DNA of 64,000 nucleotides from Mytilus edulis. Lineage: Eukaryota. Positions within the stretch are counted from its first letter, which is position 1, and every line of letters starts with the position of its first letter. The translations under genes were made by a program, and so were the position numbers. This document shows positions 57,104-64,000 of the stretch, in pieces. The stretch is from contig NC_092349.1 in NCBI RefSeq assembly GCF_963676685.1, positions 40,548,001-40,612,000 of the forward strand, written 5' to 3'. The notes under the pieces were generated by a model. That model did no database searches. It had not been told where the DNA came from and was given only the letters and a program-made list of their open reading frames with translations.

Positions 57104-60100
57104 TTATGTAATTTTAAACCATGTTGGTTTCTCCTTTCCGTTATACCTTTTTAAGCGATTATGGTGTATAACTTTTGGCTTGTTCTTTGGCCCTTTTTGA
57201 ATCCTGTATATTACATCATTCAATTTCTTTGTTATAATAAACGGACCATTCCATGGTCTATATAACTTTGGACAAAAACCTACTTTGCGTCTAGGTTCAT
57301 ACAACCACACGGCGTCACCTACCTCATAAGAAATGTGATTGACATTTCTGTCATGACATTTTTTCATTAAATCACTTGATTTATAAATCCGTCGTCTAGC
57401 AAAGCTGTGTATGCTCTCTACTTTTTCTTGTAATCTTTTTGCGTAAGTAGAGTAATTTATGCCATCATTGTTCTCTTCTTTAGGTCTACCTATTAATAAG
57501 TCCAGGGTCATCGTAACATCCCTGCCAAACATCATCTTGCATGGTGATACCCCTGTTGTTGCATGTTCTGCGGATCTATATGCCATCATAAGCGGTTGTA
57601 AATATTCGTCCCAGTCTTTCTGGTGTGACGATACAAATGCAGATAGCATATTTTGTATTGTTTTGTTGGCCTTTTCTATCATACCATTTGACGATGGATG
57701 CATAGATGTGGTTCTCGTCTTCTCAATACCTATTATTTTACACATCTGTTGAAAAACTTCAGATTCAAAACATGAGCCCTGGTCTGAGTGTATTTGTAAT
57801 GGTACTCCTACAACACTTATGAAGTGATCAATAAGTTTACGCATGACTGTTATGGCATCTATTTTCTTAATTGCTATCGCCTGGGTTCACTTTGTAAAGT
57901 AATCGCCTATGACCATTATGTATTTGTTGGCCTTCTTGGTTTGCGGTAAGGGTCCCATTATGTCAATAGCCACCCTCTCTTAGTGGTGCGCCTACATTAT
58001 ATTGTTTCATAGGAGCTTTGGCCTTTCGTTGTGGTGCCTTTTTACTTGCGCAAATGTCACAAGTCTTACACCAGTACTCCACGTCGGACCTTAACCCATA
58101 CCAATAAAATCTGTTTGTTACTCTTGCTAGTGTTTTCTTTATCCCAAGATGACCACTTGTGATATTGTTATGAAGCTGTTCCATAACAACCTTTTTAAGC
58201 GCTTTTGGCAGTACTATTTGTCATGTTACCTCGTTTCCTGGAATATTTTCATATTTTCTGCATAAAATACCATTTCTGAACTCTAAAGAATCCCATTGAT
58301 TCCAATATGACTTTACTTTATTTCCATGTCTTGAAATGTCTTGCCATCCTGGTTTTACGTTGATATTTTTATAGTCACTGATGACCTTGATATCTGAATC
58401 CTCTTTTTGTGATTGTATCAGCTTTTCGGGTGTAATTTCACCCTTGAGCTCTTCGGGCAATTCTTCTGTCCTGTTCTTAGTCGTGTTTCTTGTTGTTACA
58501 TTCACGGGAATGTCAATGTGCATGTTACGTTTGATTTTTAATTTACTTGTTGTATCTTTATTATGGACCACTCGTTTTATTGGACATGCATCTGTAGCTA
58601 ACCCATTGTTAAATGGGTCGACACTTTCTTGATATATTGGTTTCTCAAGGGAGACAACCTGAAATATTCCTTTTCCTTCGCTAAGCGAGGACCATTCTTT
58701 TTCTTTTACCCGGTTCTGCTGAATTACTCCGTTGTCAAAGGACAAATCTTGTAATTCTGTTTCAGCTTGATTTGACGTAACTTTTTCAAAAGATACTTTT
58801 GTTATAGATTCTTTCTTTAAAATTCTGACTGCATGGTCTTTCGCAGTATTTGTAAGATCTACAGACTTAGATTTACTCTCTATTCTGTTACAATATTTAC
58901 AACTAGTTGCCAGACACGGACGTCTGCTTAACGCATCAGCATTTGAGTGTATTCTTCCTGCTCTATGCTGTATCTCAAAATCGTAGGTGCCTAGTACCTC
59001 TAGCCACCGTGCCATTTGACCTTCCGGATTCTTAAAGTTCATGAGCCATCTAAGAGCTCCGTGGTCAGTGCGTACTAGAAAATGTCTACCATACAGATAA
59101 TGGTGAAAATTCTTAATGGAAGCTACCATTGCAAACAGCTCTTTTCTCGTGACACAGTATTGTCTCTCCGGTTTTGAAAACGTCTTACTAAATAAGAAAT
59201 GACTTTTTCAACCCCATCTTGTATTTGTAATAGGAAAGATCCCATTCCGTACTGACTAGCGTCAGCGTCAATAATAAAAAAGTCCTTCTTCTCTGGAAAA
59301 GCTAAAACTGGAGAACTGATTAAAGCTTGTTTTAAAGTATCAAAGGACATTTGACATATTTCATCCCATATAAATTTCGTATTTAATTCCGTCAATTTAT
59401 GTAGCAGTTTAGCTATAGACGCAAACTTAGGTACAAATTTCCTATAATACGAACAGAGTCCTACACGACTTCTAACCTGCTTCACGTTTTTAGGAATAGG
59501 CCAGTCTTTTACTGCCTTTATCTTTTCTTCGTCTGTCGCGATTCCATTTTCGCTAACTGTATGTCCTAGAAAAGTTACTTCTTTTCTGAGAAGATGACAC
59601 TTCTTTGGATTCAACTTTAAGTTTGCTTCTCCCAATCTGTTAAATACTTGGTCAATATGGTCCATATGTTCATCAAATGTCTTGCTAAAGATAATAATGT
59701 CGTCTAAATATAGTAAACATATCTTCCAAGACAACCCTGCCAATACTTTTTCCATTAATCTCTCGAACGTAGCCCCACTATTGCATAATCCAAACGGCAT
59801 CACTTTAAACTGCCAAAAACCCCCACCCTCTATTGCGAATGCGGTCTTATGTTTATCTTCTTTTGCAACACTCACTTGCCAGTAACCACTTTTTAAATCA
59901 CAGGTACTCAGCCATCGACAACCACTCAGAGCTGCTAACGAATCGTCTATTCTTGGCAATGGTTGACAATCTTTAATTGTCACGTGGTTAATTTTCCTGA
60001 AGTCGCAACAGAAGCGAATACTATCCTCCTTCTTGGTAACCATTACTATTTGCGCACACCAAGCACTACTAGATGGTTCAATTATCCCTATCTCAGCCAT

Positions 60101-61031
60101 ATTTCGGATTTCTTCTTCCGCATCAATTAAGCTTCTTTGACAAAGGAATGCGGTATGGCCTCAGCTTATAGGCTTTGCGTCTCCTGTATCTATCGTGTGT
60201 TCAACAATGCTGGTATTTCCTATATCCTGCGATGTCATGGAAAATACATTGTTATGTTTTATCAACAAGTCTCGAATCTTTACTTGCTGTTCATTTGACA
60301 ATTCTTTACTACTTTCGTCGTATAAATTCTTTAATAATTCCGGTAGTTGATCAACATCTTCCAATACTTTTTGAGTTTTTGAAGTTCGAACATTTCTACT
60401 TGGTATTTCAATCTTGTCTATGACTTCAAAGTTTGCTATAACGGTATTTTCATACAGTTTGTAAGGATTTTCACTAACATTTATTAACCTCATAGGTATC
60501 AGACCATTGTTCAGATTAACAGCTGCCTTCGCTATTAATATCCCAGTCTTTTCTATAAAATTTTTATCAGGTTCCACAATTCCTGACAAATTCATTGGTA
60601 TTCCGTCTATTGTTTTCCCCGACACCATCATCTCGGATTCCGGGGGAATTATCACATTGTTATTCAAACTAATTCTACAACACGTATTTTGTGTATCTCC
60701 ATAATTAGAAAAACATGGTATTCTTTCTTTATATAGCATCATATAACCTTTACCTAACATCAAATCACATTTATTCTTAGTTAGAAAATCCATCCCTAAT
60801 ATCTTTTATTTCTGCTAATAAAAATTCATGTTCGTATGAACATCTACCAATTTGTATATTTAATTTTACTTTCCCATGAAACGGTGACTTTTCACCTGTT
60901 GCAGTTAACATATTCATTTTTACAGGTTCTATTTCTGGTTTACATGAAGGATTCCAATCATCAAAAATTTGCTTACTAAGAATTGTAATATTTGCGCCTG
61001 TGTCTATTAGCATAGGCACATAATTACTCAT
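57104..61031 (-). pseudogene. Fragmented pol (PR, RT, RNase H, integrase)
   Basis: LIDTGA, DLKSGYWQ, MPFGLCN, YLDD, DADAS, TDHGAL, GHLG...CDIC and HSDQG...GMIEKAN, with multiple stops and frameshifts. Confidence 0.92.
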
Positions 61032-61129
61032 AATCTTAGTTGCTACAAAATATCCTTCGTCTTTATCACAACAATTTCTTAAAATCTTCGTTGGGGGAAC
61101 TGCACTGTTTGTCGATCTTTGTCCCCTAA

Positions 61130-62365
61130 AGTCGATCTTTGCCAGTTTCCCTGGTTGCTGTTTTGTTTCTGGTCATATCTATTTGAACCCTTGTCTTGGC
61201 CTCTTGGGGTATATTGATTATTTGTTCCTCCGTTTCTATTAAAATTGTTGCCTTTGTTAAACTTGGACCATGAACCTTGTGCTCTTGGTTCTATATCATA
61301 ATTCCTATTGTTTCCATTAAATTCTTGAGATCTTGTCTCTTTTGATTTTAATGTTTCAACTTCATTAGATACTCTGTCTATTTTCTTTATTTACTCGTCT
61401 ATTTTTTTACTTAAATCGTTTGTCTCTGTCTCTACTCCTATAGCTTTGACATTACAATTTCTACTTCGGTCTGTCATGTGTACATCGTCTAATCGTACAG
61501 CAATATTTTCTGCCTCTGCCACCGTTTTTGGACTGACTTCCCTAAGCCTTATTCTAATTTCTTTAAATGGTATGGCATCTATAAAATAATCTAATGCCAG
61601 TGTCTCTGTGACATCCAAATTAGCACTAGGATAGGCTTTTCTAGTTAGCTTCTTTATAGACTGGGCCAACTCGGGTATACTCTCATTGCGGCCTTTTACA
61701 CGCTTCTAAATACTTCAGCTTTATGAATGGAGCCAAATCGGTTTTTCAATGCATTCACGATTGCATCGAAATCTCTTCGGTCATGTTCATTTAACTCGTT
61801 AATAAGTCCTCTTGCGTCTCCCGTAAGATTACCGGCTAGATAAAGCGACTTTGATTTATAACCCCAGTTATTAAGTTCAGAAATTAACTCAAACTGTGTT
61901 AAATATTCTTCTGAATCCTCCTTGCCGCCATAATTCTGTGGTTTCATTTTTGACTTTTCCTGCATTGAGTCTCTCCAATTATTGCTATTAACATCGCGTA
62001 TTTGGTAAGGCGTACTGTGTGCAATATTTTTTTTCTTGTCTGTTTTCTACATTAGAATTTGCTTCTACTCTATTTATTGGGTCAGCCATTTGTCTTCTAG
62101 ACATGTCTTGAGAATCGTCAGTCTTCCTTGACATTATTCCTATTAAATTTTGCATCTGATTTGACATTACATCAAAGCCTCTGACCAGTGAATGGTTAAA
62201 CTCATTCAATTGTCCCTTGAATAATTCTAATAAATCATCTCTCTGTTCCTGTTTGTCTTTTAAATTATATTCTGTATCAACAATATTATGCCGTTCTGTA
62301 TCTTATTCCTCTACCGTACTTGTGCTAGGACCGAACGTAACTATGTCCGAACTTTCATCCATTAT
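61130..62365 (-). pseudogene. Fragmented gag
   Basis: KPQNYGGKEDSEEYLTQFELISELNNW...LAGNLTGDAR...LKNRFG and LTRKAYP...LALDYFIDAI. Confidence 0.8.
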
Positions 62366-62411
62366 TATTATAAAATTCACCACCAGATCTAAAAGCTTTA
62401 CTCAAAGATAT

Positions 62412-62429
62412 ATCCCACCGCTGCCACCA
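62412..62429 (-). promoter_or_regulatory. Primer binding site, tRNA-Leu-like
   Basis: Minus strand TGGTGGCAGCGGTGGGAT sits one base inside the 5' LTR boundary and matches the 3' end of tRNA-Leu as I recall it. Confidence 0.8.
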
Positions 62430-64000
62430 ATGTAACGCCGTAGGGCTATGCTTAGTTCTTGTGTACCTTAAACCGTGTGATAAAACGATTCGTATAATAG
62501 TGGGACTTTGACTGTTTATAGTTTTACCGGTCAAAGTTACACCAATATACAAGAAAGGACTGAACTATCCAGACAAGACTACTAAATACAAGAAGAACCT
62601 TTAATATAGCCACAACATTATGTTATCTATATGGGATCGTTGAGTCTCTGGCTTTTGGTGAATATGAATGAGAAAGTTGGATATACAATATATAATTTAT
62701 TAATTACGTATATGAAATATTTATAATATATTATGAATAAAAAATGTTTTATTATTGTCAATATATTTCTGGGTAGCTGCCTGCTCCTCTTGCACCATGT
62801 ATTTTTCTGCGGAAAAAATACTCGGAACCTTTATATAGATATGGAAATAACGGACAGTCTTCTTTCTTTAACTGACGGTTGCTATGACGTAGTAATATTC
62901 TATATTATAACTCTATACAATTTATAAAGTATCTAACTCGATACGTTATTTATTTGTACGATAATAATTTATACTGTTGCCTTAATTCGGACAAGTAACT
63001 AAATTCCTTTATATTCAGGAATTTTCTATAGGAAATAAATATACATATATTTTTCCTTAAATAATACTTTATTTGTTTTTAGCTGAATTTATATCTAAAT
63101 TCAACTTTTGTACTTCTGAACCTTAATTGTTATGTACGAACACCGTTCACAATTTATTACGTAACTAAGTGTAAGTAAAATTCACCCTCTTTGTATATTA
63201 AATTAATTTCTCTTTCAGAAATATTCCGTCTATAGAAACCTTTCCTTGTTTCTCTTTTAGACAAATAATTAAAACTGCTCTTGCCTTCCGCCTAGCAGTT
63301 CTTTTTATTTTTAGCTTCCGCCTTGAGTCTTGAAGCCAGACTGCCTAACACAGTCTGTGCATGATGTTTTATAATAATATTTACGTTAGTCTTGAAGCCA
63401 GACTGCCTAACACAGTCTGTGCATGATGTTTTATAATAATATTTACGTGCAATATCCTCGTGCTTCTCACGAGGTCCCCTATGGTTACCTCAACAACCAA
63501 TCAGCCAATCAGAAACTGATTTCTACGGGAAACGTCATACTTCCGTTTCCTACCTGAACAGACTTTTGTAAATATCTCTTTATTCCGTATTCATATTCGG
63601 AAAATTTGTATAATTATATTCTAGACATGGAAAGGAATTTAAGCATGTCTCGTTTATTATGATACGAGTTTTCTAAGTGATCAGCCGCATGAAACAGCCA
63701 TGAATATTGTGCCGTCTAGATTTCGATTGGAACAACGTCAGTTTGTTATCAACTCTTGACCGTCTATTTGTAAATTCAGCTGTCACCTTCTATTAAAATT
63801 GTTATGAAGTTATTCCTAGGATTATGTGTGTTCTATGGACTATTCATTTAAGCTGGTAAGACTTGTGTACGCCGAGAACGACGATTATTGCATCCAGATT
63901 ATCTACCTTGTTTGTTTATGTCACATTCCAAAGAATGACAATGTCATAGATATGTATAAAATTACAATACACATCTCTAACCGTTATAACGTTTGTAACA

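Larger units (their letters stand above)
53446..64000 (-). mobile_element. Degraded Ty3/Gypsy LTR retrotransposon with long LTRs and an extra 3' ORF (runs off the window)
   Basis: 3' LTR 53446-55185 (TG...CA, 1740 bp), 5' LTR from 62431 to beyond 64000, PPT gacgggggtaa beside 55185, and fragmented gag and pol. Confidence 0.93.

Overview
AT-rich, repeat-dense eukaryotic DNA with no host gene evident. The repeat families look bivalve/mussel-like, which is an inference. The centrepiece is a young, apparently intact ~17.8 kb Polinton/Maverick (adintovirus-like) endogenous virus at 13251-31062, with AGTAGT...ACTACT ends and a 6-bp TATATA target-site duplication, inserted into a dead LINE. It encodes pPolB, RVE integrase with chromodomain, major and minor capsid proteins, a cysteine protease and a packaging ATPase. 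It has several unusual features. (i) Both terminal repeats carry a perfect (TTAGGG)7 telomeric tract in true telomere polarity. (ii) The left arm is a mirror copy of the right end with a ~4.8 kb internal deletion, joined at an internal copy of the terminal motif. (iii) Its accessory region appears to hold a three-exon PC4-domain protein with SUMO-interacting motifs (missed by the ORF track), a membrane-anchored PC4-like protein and a BC-box-like protein. Next to it lies a very young Gypsy element with identical 157-bp TA...TA LTRs and a PBS complementary to its own LTR, suggesting self-priming. A second, degraded Gypsy carries a zinc-finger/KCTD-type BTB gene in the env position. The rest is LINE fragments, Helentron/HINE-like elements, MITEs, long hairpins and a satellite-like array. 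All calls are by eye and no database searches were run.
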